A DNA stretch of 62,424 bases from assembly GCA_964392975.1 (NCBI GenBank), contig CAYMRU010000001.1, forward strand, positions 1 to 62,424. Reading direction: 5' to 3'. Source of the stretch: an uncultured Candidatus Poseidoniales archaeon (GTDB lineage: Archaea; Thermoplasmatota; Poseidoniia; Poseidoniales; Thalassarchaeaceae). Of this stretch, positions 1 to 8,044 are shown in pieces. Position 1 is the stretch's first letter; the number at the start of each line of letters is the position of its first letter. The notes below the pieces were generated by a model that searched no databases, was not told where the DNA came from, and saw only the letters and a list, made by a program, of their open reading frames with translations. A program made the translations under genes and the position numbers.

Positions 1-72
1 TTTAGCTGGTGGTTTAGCTGGTGGTTTAGCTGGTGGTTTAGCAGGTGGCTTGGTAGGTAGCGGAGGTGTTTG
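1..72 (-). repeat. 12-nt tandem repeat (unit tttagctggtgg). Three perfect copies at 1-36, one copy with a single mismatch at 37-48, and two degenerate copies up to 72. Encodes (PPAK)n on the minus strand.
   Basis: Direct reading of positions 1-72. The reverse complement of the unit is CCA CCA GCT AAA, which is P-P-A-K. Confidence 0.9.
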
Positions 73-189
73 AGGTACAGACTTACTAGTTGATTTCTGT
101 GACCCCGGTGGGGTTGTAGGGTTTCCAAAAATGTCCCTTGGGACAGCCTTTGAACGTCTCCTTCTCTGCACTAGGTAACCAGTCTCCAT
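1..189 (-). CDS. Pro/Lys-rich repeat protein, 3'-truncated by the window edge
   Basis: Minus-strand ATG at 189-187. The frame is open for 63 codons to position 1: METGYLVQRRRRSKAVPRDIFGNPTTPPGSQKSTSKSVPQTPPLPTKPPAKPPAKPPAKPPAK. It is absent from the ORF track because it runs off the window. It lies 42 nt downstream of kae1 on the same strand. Confidence 0.45.
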   Translation of the reverse strand, partial: METGYLVQRRRRSKAVPRDIFGNPTTPPGSQKSTSKSVPQTPPLPTKPPAKPPAKPPAKPPAK

Positions 190-231
190 GTGATACGCGA
201 CATCCGTTTCTCATAAGCCTCACGGAAGTCA

Positions 232-1239
232 TCAATCCCATGAGACAATGGTTTGGTCAGTCCTCAATCCAGGTGATACCGCACTATCTATGAGTGTAGT
301 GCGTTCTGAAACACTAAGCATTCTACGACCTAGTTCCGCAATCATCGTTCCATTGTCGACGCAGAACGATTTAGGTGGACAGTATGCTGTAGCTCCTCGT
401 TCCTGGCACATAACCGAAGCCATTTCGTTAATTCTGGTATTGCACGCAACCCCACCGCCGAGTAACAATTCGTCCTTACCTGCGTGAGCCATTGCTCTCT
501 CAGCAACTTCGATACAGGCAGCGAACGCATGCTCCTGCAGGGCCCAGCACACTTCTTCCAAAGCATGACCATCTGCAATCTTCTGGATTGCAGCCGTCAT
601 CACACCCGAGAAAGATAGATCCATTCCTTGTACAGCATAGGGCAATGAGATATCTTCCATAGAGGTTTGATAGTTCGCAGTAAGCCAATCATTGGCCTTG
701 GCTTCAATCTTGGGACCTCCTGGAAATGCCATCCCTTGAGTTCGGGCGAACTTATCGAGCATATTGCCAATCCCAATGTCTAGAGTCTCTCCTAATACTC
801 GATATCTCCCTCCATTTCTCGCTATAATCTGGGTATTGCCCCCTGAAACATATAGAAGCACGGGGTCATTACAGTCTGTTTGATTCCTACCTATCTCGAT
901 ATGCGCTACACAGTGGTTTACTCCAACTAGAGGAACGCCCCACGAATGTGAGAGGCCACGTGCTATAGATGCCCCAACTCTGAGACAAGGCCCCAGACCT
1001 GGTCCTTGACTGAATGCGATGGCGGATACATCAGAAGGATTTAGACAATTGTCATCCATCAGATTGCTCAGCAGATGTCCTGCTACCTCTGCATGGTGAT
1101 CAGCGGCCTCTCTTGGGTGTATTCCCCCCTCTTCGGGTCTGTACAAATCAGAACTGGAGGGCAGAGCCTCTCCATCCTCACTGACTAGTCCGAAAGAGAG
1201 CGTATGGGCTGTGCTCTCAATGCCCAGTATCATCGTCAT
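232..1239 (-). CDS. kae1: tRNA N6-adenosine threonylcarbamoyltransferase Kae1 (KEOPS catalytic subunit)
   Basis: 335 aa. Carries the ILGIESTAHT N-terminus and the HCVAHIE metal-binding motif of the Kae1/TsaD ASKHA family. No fused Bud32 domain. Confidence 0.9.
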   Translation of the reverse strand: MTMILGIESTAHTLSFGLVSEDGEALPSSSDLYRPEEGGIHPREAADHHAEVAGHLLSNLMDDNCLNPSDVSAIAFSQGPGLGPCLRVGASIARGLSHSWGVPLVGVNHCVAHIEIGRNQTDCNDPVLLYVSGGNTQIIARNGGRYRVLGETLDIGIGNMLDKFARTQGMAFPGGPKIEAKANDWLTANYQTSMEDISLPYAVQGMDLSFSGVMTAAIQKIADGHALEEVCWALQEHAFAACIEVAERAMAHAGKDELLLGGGVACNTRINEMASVMCQERGATAYCPPKSFCVDNGTMIAELGRRMLSVSERTTLIDSAVSPGLRTDQTIVSWD

Positions 1240-1291
1240 TGTAGACCCACGCAGGAGGCATTGCTTTCAAGCATCCCGCTCCTCGAGAGTC

Positions 1292-2563
1292 ATGGGCATG
1301 CTGATACTGAACGCCGGGGAGATTGCACATCTCGGACATTCATCCAATCCCCAGCCACTCGCGGGCACAGAAATGTTGGATAGGGAATCCAATATCTGGG
1401 TTTCAGGTCTCGGGATTCTTATCGAAGATGGCATCATCAAGTCGATTGAGGACTCACAATCGCTTCAATCTGAATATGCACCGGACTGGAAGGGCGAGAG
1501 CAGAGATTCCAAGTTGGATATCATCGATGCACAAGGACGAGCTATAATTCCCGGTTTGGTTGACTCCCATACACACCTAATTTGGGGGGGAGACAGATCT
1601 TCTGAAATGCGAATGCGGCAAGCCGGAATGACTTACCGACAAATTGCTGAAATGGGTGGGGGCATCCGTCGCACAGTCGACTCTACTAGGAGTATGTCCC
1701 TAGATGATATGGTTGCTGTAGGCATCTCAAGAGCCAGAGAAGCAGCTAGGAATGGCACTTGTGCTTTAGAAGCAAAGAGCGGATATGGTTTGGATACCGA
1801 AACAGAGCTTAGGCTTCTAGAAGCGGCGTCAATCGTCTCCAATCAATCATTGATTGACATTTTGCCTACTTGGTTGGGAGCCCATGACTTCCCATTAGGC
1901 ATGGAACGATCGAGTTACATGGATGAATTGCTCAATGAGCAAATCCCCAAGGTAGCAAGCCAAGGTATAGCGAGATGGTGCGATGTGTTCTGCGAGACTG
2001 GATGGTATACTAATGAGGAAACTGAAGACATAGTCAAACACGCTTCTGATTACGGTCTTGGTTCGAGACTTCATGTTGATGAGTTCGAGGATAGTGGTGG
2101 ATTAGCACTTGCAGCAGAACTCGGCTCAGTTAGTGCAGACCATGTTGCACACTCTAGCGCGGAATCGAGACAGGCGGCTTCAGACAGCGGAATCATGCAA
2201 ACATTCCTCCCGGGCACTCCCTATTCTCTCGGCACCCCCCTCAACCTGCCACTAGTTGATTGCATCGAGAATAATTGGGCCTTCTCATTGGCAACAGATT
2301 TCAATCCCAATTGCAGAATCATCTCACAGCCCCTAATTGCAAACCTGTGCTGCACACGCATGGGACTCGACCCTTTCGCCGCGCTCGTGTCTTGCACACG
2401 TAACCCAGCATCCACATTAACCGGGGCCTTAGCTACTGGCACAATCGGCGTCGGTGCATCTGCAAACCTGAACATAGTCTGGTCACAGAGTATTGACGGG
2501 TGGTGTCAGACGCCTGGTGAGAGTCCATTTACTCAGACTATTATTTCCGGCTCTATTGTATAA
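1292..2563 (+). CDS. hutI: imidazolonepropionase
   Basis: ORF 1211-2563 trimmed to ATG 1292, because the upstream part overlaps the kae1 start. Has the DSHTHLIWGGDRS metal-binding motif and amidohydrolase-type C-terminal motifs (SADHV, ATDFNP). Confidence 0.9.
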   Translation: MGMLILNAGEIAHLGHSSNPQPLAGTEMLDRESNIWVSGLGILIEDGIIKSIEDSQSLQSEYAPDWKGESRDSKLDIIDAQGRAIIPGLVDSHTHLIWGGDRSSEMRMRQAGMTYRQIAEMGGGIRRTVDSTRSMSLDDMVAVGISRAREAARNGTCALEAKSGYGLDTETELRLLEAASIVSNQSLIDILPTWLGAHDFPLGMERSSYMDELLNEQIPKVASQGIARWCDVFCETGWYTNEETEDIVKHASDYGLGSRLHVDEFEDSGGLALAAELGSVSADHVAHSSAESRQAASDSGIMQTFLPGTPYSLGTPLNLPLVDCIENNWAFSLATDFNPNCRIISQPLIANLCCTRMGLDPFAALVSCTRNPASTLTGALATGTIGVGASANLNIVWSQSIDGWCQTPGESPFTQTIISGSIV

Positions 2564-2593
2564 TTCTAATACCTGTTTCAAAACTAGAGATAA

Positions 2594-2599
2594 TTTTTT
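2594..2599 (+). terminator. oligo-T tract (T6), a possible archaeal intrinsic terminator for hutI
   Basis: taattttttat lies 31 nt after the hutI stop. Archaeal termination commonly uses T-runs. This is weak evidence based on position alone. Confidence 0.2.
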
Positions 2600-2845
2600 A
2601 TGATTATAATTCATTATATGACGACTTTCAATAATATTTGCATATATTTATTCGCCGATATCAGAGTCATTGCGAATTCGAATGAAATTCCAGTACTCTT
2701 CCTACCGATAATCAGGCTTATCGGAACTTAATTCATTAGGATTAGCTTGGATAGGGGTTCAGTACAGCCTTTTTTGGAATATAACTGATTACTGGCATTT
2801 AGGGCCTACTAGATGGGTTGAATAGCAAAACCACAATCAAGGTTC

Positions 2846-2995
2846 ATGAGAGACACTGGTTACTGCATGCGGTGTAAGGATTCCGTTGTAGTAAGTAATG
2901 GCCGAATCATTCGGATGGAGAATGGCCGTAGTAGATTAAGCGGAACATGCTCGAATCATGGTTGTGACTGCAAGATATCCAAGATCGTATCATGA
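2846..2995 (+). CDS. small Cys-rich zinc-ribbon-like protein (DUF5679-like), 49 aa
   Basis: Hand-translated; the ORF is below the ORF-track length cutoff: MRDTGYCMRCKDSVVVSNGRIIRMENGRSRLSGTCSNHGCDCKISKIVS. The CxxC ... CxxxxCxC layout and the NGR..L.G.C core resemble small archaeal 4-Cys proteins. Confidence 0.55.
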   Translation: MRDTGYCMRCKDSVVVSNGRIIRMENGRSRLSGTCSNHGCDCKISKIVS

Positions 2996-3034
2996 TAGAA
3001 TGCTTCATTTGCATTCACCCCTTCCTGTTCTCGC

Positions 3035-3110
3035 GGGCTCGTGGTCTAGGGGTTATGACGTCGCCTTGACATGGCGAAGATCGCAGGTTCAATTCCTGCC
3101 GAGCCCACCA
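3035..3110 (+). tRNA. tRNA-Val (anticodon GAC) with encoded 3' CCA
   Basis: Manual cloverleaf. Acceptor stem GGGCTCG/CGAGCCC (7 bp), D-arm GTC...GAC, anticodon stem TCGCC/GGCGA with loop TTGACAT. 5-nt variable loop AGATC, T-arm GCAGG-TTCAATT-CCTGC, discriminator A3107, CCA at 3108-3110. No intron. Confidence 0.93.
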
Positions 3111-3134
3111 ATAGAATTGAATCAATCTTAATGA

Positions 3135-3857
3135 TTATTCAAAGATATATGAGAATCGAATTCTTCCCTTGCCCTTGTTTTTCTTCCCGAGGAACTTGAT
3201 TCGAGGTATTACTGAGGTGTTCGAGACATGAGTGCCAGCGCAGGGGCAGAGATCTATTCCTTCAATTTCTACCACCCTTAGTTGGGTGATTGTTGATGGG
3301 ATTCTGTGCATGAATTTTGTATGCCTCATTTGATCATGATTCAATATGCGCGTCCTATCCCATTCATGCACATTTACTGGTATATTGGAGGAAATTGCTG
3401 AATTTGTAGCATCGACTAAATCATCAGGATTGAAAACATCCTTGTCTTCGAATAGAAGGTCTACACGTGAGTTCTCAACATTTAGTTGGTTACCTACAGT
3501 TTCAGCACCCCAAAGATCCTCGGCTAATGCCGAGACGATATGCTGAGCGGTATGCATCAGTGCATGTCCATTCCTTCGACCCGTATCAATCCGGCATGTT
3601 ATGGAGTCGCCCCTATCAAACAGTTCTGGTTCATCTACAGGGTGCAGAATCATCTCACCTGGTAGAACTTCATTGAATTGGGATTCTGTACCCTTATCTG
3701 AGACGAATATTCCAGTGTCTCCTGGCTGCCCCCCACCACGAGGATAACAATAGGTCGAACCGAGTATGATGTTGTATCCATCTATTGAGTGAATTCTAGT
3801 TGTGAAGGGCGGTGGGTCGGTACCCGGATGCCTAGTCATATGCAATTTCTCTTGCAT
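3135..3857 (-). CDS. alaX: alanyl-tRNA editing protein AlaX (AlaRS second-additional-domain family)
   Basis: HxxxH (MHTAQHIVSA) and CxxxH (CPCAGTHV) zinc motifs of the AlaX/ThrRS editing domain. ORF 3135-3902 trimmed to ATG 3857 to avoid overlap with the hutH stop at 3862; ATG 3839 is also possible. Confidence 0.8.
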   Translation of the reverse strand: MQEKLHMTRHPGTDPPPFTTRIHSIDGYNIILGSTYCYPRGGGQPGDTGIFVSDKGTESQFNEVLPGEMILHPVDEPELFDRGDSITCRIDTGRRNGHALMHTAQHIVSALAEDLWGAETVGNQLNVENSRVDLLFEDKDVFNPDDLVDATNSAISSNIPVNVHEWDRTRILNHDQMRHTKFMHRIPSTITQLRVVEIEGIDLCPCAGTHVSNTSVIPRIKFLGKKNKGKGRIRFSYIFE

Positions 3858-3861
3858 GCTA

Positions 3862-5385
3862 TCACTCGAAAATCCTCTGCAATCCGCCAGACAGCAGATC
3901 ATTGGAGAGAGCTTCGCATTCAGATGTCATCGATCTGTCAACTTCGAATGGCTTTACATTGGTTCTGACCCAATCAACGATACTTGATATTCCATCACCC
4001 GGACTCTCTACTATCCTATCTATTGCTTCGGCAGAGCATATGAGTTCATTTGCAATTACTTGTGAAAGAATCTCACTCGCCTTCAAAGATCTGTAAGCGC
4101 CAGTCGCACCCATTGAAACATGGTCCTCCTTGCCCATACTTACAGGAACATTGCTAGTAGTGGCTGGGTTCGCTAGTAGATGCAATTCTGAGAGAAGAGC
4201 AGCTGCGATATACTGAATAATCATGAATCCGGATTCCAAACCTTCCGTTTTAGCTAGGAAAGCAGACTGGCCACTCCATTTAGGATCAAGCACCTGATTG
4301 ATTCTACGCTCTGAGATACTGGCTAGCTCATGGCATGCTATCGCTATCGAATCGCTCGCCAGGGCAAGGTTCTGTCCATGGAAGTTTCCGCCACTTACAA
4401 CTTCTATAGTGGTGCCATCAACAAAAACCAACGGGTTATCTGTAGCACTATTTATCTCAATCTCTAGCATTCTTCTGGTCTCAGATAGCAAATCAATCAC
4501 CGGACCATGCACTTGTGGTGAACATCTGAAGCAGTAGGCATCCTGAACCCGGTCGCAATCTGCATGTGATAACATAATCTGGGAACCCTTCAACATCTCA
4601 GAAATCCTAGCCGCAGAGATTGATTGACCACGTTGTGGCCTGTTTAGATGAATCCTAGCATCAAATGGGGCATGTGATCCCTTGATAGCCTCAATTGAGC
4701 ATGCTACACTAGCATCCGCAGCCATGGCTAACTTATCCATATTCAACAATGTGATTGTCATATATGCACACATCTGACTGGTACCATTAATCAGTGATAG
4801 ACCCTCTTTGGCGCCTAATACTATAGGACTGAGATCACTTTGGTTGAGAGCATCTTTACTGGATGTCTGCGACCATCCATCTTCGCCGCGTATCATACAG
4901 TCTCCTTCACCAATCATTGCCAATGACATGTGAGATAGTGGGGCCAAGTCTCCCGAAGCACCTAAAGATCCGATTCTGGGCACTACTGGGGCAATGCCCG
5001 AATTCACCATCGATAGTAACAAATCTACTATCTCAGGGCGGATTCCAGATACACCTTTTGCAAGCGAATTCGCTCTGAAAACCATCATCAGAAGCACGTG
5101 TTCAGGTTCCATGGTGTCACCAACACCACAAGCATGACTCCTGATTAGATTCGTCTGTAAATCTTCCAAATCCGCACCATCGATGCGCACGGACGACATG
5201 GCTCCAAATCCGGTATTGATGCCGTAAACCACCTGATCGGAAAGAAGGATTTGTTCGATTGCGTTTCTTGAGATTAACATCGCAACTCTAGCATCTTCAG
5301 AAAGTATAGCTCGGGCCGAGCCGTTAGATATCGCCACGGCTTCCTCAAGGGTGAGTGATTGACCATCAATCACAACCTCGCGCAT
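3862..5385 (-). CDS. hutH: histidine ammonia-lyase
   Basis: GASGDLAPLSH (MIO-forming Ala-Ser-Gly) and overall aromatic ammonia-lyase collinearity. The track start at 5409 is TTG. ATG at 5385 (MREVVIDGQSLTLEE) matches typical HAL N-termini. Confidence 0.93.
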   Translation of the reverse strand: MREVVIDGQSLTLEEAVAISNGSARAILSEDARVAMLISRNAIEQILLSDQVVYGINTGFGAMSSVRIDGADLEDLQTNLIRSHACGVGDTMEPEHVLLMMVFRANSLAKGVSGIRPEIVDLLLSMVNSGIAPVVPRIGSLGASGDLAPLSHMSLAMIGEGDCMIRGEDGWSQTSSKDALNQSDLSPIVLGAKEGLSLINGTSQMCAYMTITLLNMDKLAMAADASVACSIEAIKGSHAPFDARIHLNRPQRGQSISAARISEMLKGSQIMLSHADCDRVQDAYCFRCSPQVHGPVIDLLSETRRMLEIEINSATDNPLVFVDGTTIEVVSGGNFHGQNLALASDSIAIACHELASISERRINQVLDPKWSGQSAFLAKTEGLESGFMIIQYIAAALLSELHLLANPATTSNVPVSMGKEDHVSMGATGAYRSLKASEILSQVIANELICSAEAIDRIVESPGDGISSIVDWVRTNVKPFEVDRSMTSECEALSNDLLSGGLQRIFE

Positions 5386-5424
5386 GGGGCAGCGACACGT
5401 GATGGACAAATAGAGTCATCGAGG

Positions 5425-7464
5425 CTATTCGAAGATACTATCTAGCAACTTATCATCAACGATGTTTGGCATAGTAACAACAAGTAAATCATCAGATTTG
5501 ACTGCATCATTAACGGTACTGATAGCAGCATCATTTCGGGCCCAAGATCTCCTTGCTAGGCCGTTGATAACATCCCACGAAATCATAGAATTGATTCGAT
5601 TACTGGAATCTTCACTTCCATCGATTACTAGCCCGAAACCGCCGTTGACAACTTCCCCCCATCCCACACCCCCTCCATTATGGAGGCTGGTCCAAGTAGC
5701 TCCCCTGAAGGAGTCCCCTACGAAATTATGCACTGCCATATCTGCTGTGAACATCGAACCATCGCGAATATTTGCAGTCTCACGATACGGACTATCTGTC
5801 CCACCCACATCGTGATGATCCCTACCCAGAACTATTGGTGCGGATATCCTGCCTTCACAGATAGCCCGATTGAATTCTAGGGCGATTCTAGTACGCCCAA
5901 CCTCGTCGGCATAGAGTATCCTCGCTTTACTTCCGACAACCAAGCCATGCTTGCCTGCCTCCTTTATCCATCGGATATTATCGTGATACTGAGTTCGCAC
6001 ACGTTGATGACAATTCTCAGCAAGATCACTTAGTACTTTGACTGCGATATCATCGGTTACTCCAAGATCTTCATCAGTACCAGAGGTGCAAACCCACCTG
6101 AATGGACCAAATCCATAATCGAAGCACATAGGGCCCATGATATTCTCAACATATGATGGATATCTGAACGAGCCGTCATCAGTTAGCACATCAGCTCCAG
6201 CTCTGCTAGATTCGAGCAGGAAGGCGTTACCGTAGTCCCAGAACACAGTTCCTCTGTCACATAATTGATTGATACTGTCGACATGCCTCCTGAGCGTATT
6301 CTGAACTGCTTGTTTGAAGGTTGTTGGGTCATCTTGTAACAATTTACGACCTTCATCGAAACTTATTCCCACTGGCATGTAGCCACCAAGCCAAGGATTG
6401 TGAAGACTGGTCTGGTCACTTGTCAAATCTGGGGTGATATCAGAATCCACTAGATATTCCAACAAATCGACAATGTTGCCAAGATATCCAAGAGAAACTG
6501 CTTCTTTGGATTCTATTGCGGTTTGAGCCCGTTGTGCCAATATATCCAATTCATCGTACAATTCTGTCAACCAACCTTGCGAGTGACGTTTCTTCGCAGC
6601 AATTGGATCAATTTCAGCGATTATACAGACAGCACCTGCTATAACAGCCGCCTTTGCTTGCGCTCCTGACATTCCACCCAAACCAGAAGTGACATACAGC
6701 ACACCACCTAAATCAGAATCACTGGGTAAATCGAGGTACTTCCTAGCAGCATTGAGTATTGTGATAGTGGTACCATGAACTATTCCTTGAGGCCCTATGT
6801 ACATGTAAGAACCAGCAGTCATCTGCCCATACTGAGATACACCGAGAGCATTCATGCGCTCATAATCCACCTGAGTGGAGTAGTTAGGAACCACCATCCC
6901 ATTCGTCACTATTGCTAGTGGAGCGTCTTTGGAAGAGGGAAATACACCTAGAGGGTGGCCTGAATACATCACTAGCGTCTGTTCTTCAGTAATCTGAGAG
7001 AGGTATTTCATAGTCAATAGATACTGAGCCCAATTCTGGAATACCGAGCCATTTGCTCCATAGGTAACCAGCTCATGCGGGTATTGAGCGACCCTAGGAT
7101 CTAGATTGTTCTGAATCATTAGCATCATTGCAGCAGCCGACTCATTCTTCGCATCATATTCAGAAATAGGCCTGGCATACATTTCGTATTCTGGACGGAA
7201 ACGATGCATGTAGATATGGCCAAAAACATCCAACTCATGTAAGAATTCTATGCACAACTCCTCGTGCCACTCAGATGGAAAGTACCTCAATGCATTTTGG
7301 ATTGCCAACCTCCTTTCATTCACATTCAGCACCTGTGGTCGGTTGGGGGCGTGAGGAACTGAATCATCCAGATCCTTAGGTTTGGGCAGTCGTAGGGGGA
7401 TGCCCGCCGAATAATCAATCAAGATTTCACCAACCGAGCCTTTCAATACACGTGGCACGAACAT
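5425..7464 (-). CDS. hutU: urocanate hydratase (long, about 680-aa form)
   Basis: GLGGMSGAQ NAD-binding motif and collinear urocanase motifs (GRDHHD, WDYGNAF). The ATG start at 7464 overlaps the upstream cyclodeaminase gene by 38 nt. Confidence 0.93.
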   Translation of the reverse strand: MFVPRVLKGSVGEILIDYSAGIPLRLPKPKDLDDSVPHAPNRPQVLNVNERRLAIQNALRYFPSEWHEELCIEFLHELDVFGHIYMHRFRPEYEMYARPISEYDAKNESAAAMMLMIQNNLDPRVAQYPHELVTYGANGSVFQNWAQYLLTMKYLSQITEEQTLVMYSGHPLGVFPSSKDAPLAIVTNGMVVPNYSTQVDYERMNALGVSQYGQMTAGSYMYIGPQGIVHGTTITILNAARKYLDLPSDSDLGGVLYVTSGLGGMSGAQAKAAVIAGAVCIIAEIDPIAAKKRHSQGWLTELYDELDILAQRAQTAIESKEAVSLGYLGNIVDLLEYLVDSDITPDLTSDQTSLHNPWLGGYMPVGISFDEGRKLLQDDPTTFKQAVQNTLRRHVDSINQLCDRGTVFWDYGNAFLLESSRAGADVLTDDGSFRYPSYVENIMGPMCFDYGFGPFRWVCTSGTDEDLGVTDDIAVKVLSDLAENCHQRVRTQYHDNIRWIKEAGKHGLVVGSKARILYADEVGRTRIALEFNRAICEGRISAPIVLGRDHHDVGGTDSPYRETANIRDGSMFTADMAVHNFVGDSFRGATWTSLHNGGGVGWGEVVNGGFGLVIDGSEDSSNRINSMISWDVINGLARRSWARNDAAISTVNDAVKSDDLLVVTMPNIVDDKLLDSIFE

Positions 7465-8044
7465 TCGACACTAATCGATTACATTCAATGATGGATAAAC
7501 GTGCATCCTCGTCTATCTGTTCAACATCATTACCAGAAATGTAATGTGTATTGATCTTGACATTCATCTCGGCAATCTTAGCCGCTGAATGTGCTAATTC
7601 TCCCGAAGCAGCCAAATCAGTCAGTGCATTGGCATTACACACTTTAGACAAAACAAGCAACTTCTCTAAGAGATCTCGTGAAGCATGTACAGTTTGCAAA
7701 GGCACTATTGCGGCACCGATTGTTGCTTCCCTGATAGCCTCAGTACGCATTGTCGAGTCAGCCTGATCCTTTGGTAATCGATAAGCATCCATGACTGCGT
7801 CGAAGGCCGCGGCATCACTCTCAGCCAAAGAAATTGATGCTGCTATGTGATTCTCAGACTCATCTATTATGGAATTGGCTATTGAGTGTCCTTGAGACCA
7901 CTTCTCACTTTTCAAAGTCAATCTCGAAACCATGGCTGCTAGAGAGTGTGCATGAGCAAGGCTGAGTGCAGCCACTGATCCACCTCCAGGGGTTGGTTCG
8001 GACGATGCTATAGAGTTCAGAATATGCAAATATCCATCATTCAT
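7427..8044 (-). CDS. formimidoyl-tetrahydrofolate cyclodeaminase (stand-alone FTCD C-terminal domain)
   Basis: 205 aa, all-helical. Has the PTPGGGSVAALSLAHAHSLAAMV motif typical of the cyclodeaminase / methenyl-THF cyclohydrolase family. Confidence 0.8.
   Translation of the reverse strand: MNDGYLHILNSIASSEPTPGGGSVAALSLAHAHSLAAMVSRLTLKSEKWSQGHSIANSIIDESENHIAASISLAESDAAAFDAVMDAYRLPKDQADSTMRTEAIREATIGAAIVPLQTVHASRDLLEKLLVLSKVCNANALTDLAASGELAHSAAKIAEMNVKINTHYISGNDVEQIDEDARLSIIECNRLVSNVRATCIERLGW

Noticed and set aside
1-72. Tandem repeat at the window start, considered as a possible CRISPR array or satellite
   Set aside because: The unit is only 12 nt with no spacers, and the repeat is in frame with an ORF encoding (PPAK)n. 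It is a coding micro-/minisatellite and not a CRISPR array.
1211-1291. ORF-track 5' extensions, considered as real N-terminal extensions. Affected ORFs: hutI 1211, alaX 3902, S7 35214, psmA 43821, lhr 55342, glyS 55411, IPK 29652, purB 44545 and the 39300 ORF.
   Set aside because: Each extension overlaps the neighbouring gene or promoter. Each also precedes an internal Met/Val that reproduces the canonical N-terminus of the family.
2564-2845. AT-rich spacer, considered as a replication origin
   Set aside because: There are no ORB-like repeated elements, no flanking cdc6/orc1 gene and only one short hairpin. A promoter/terminator or small-RNA explanation is more economical, so it is kept only as a low-interest finding.
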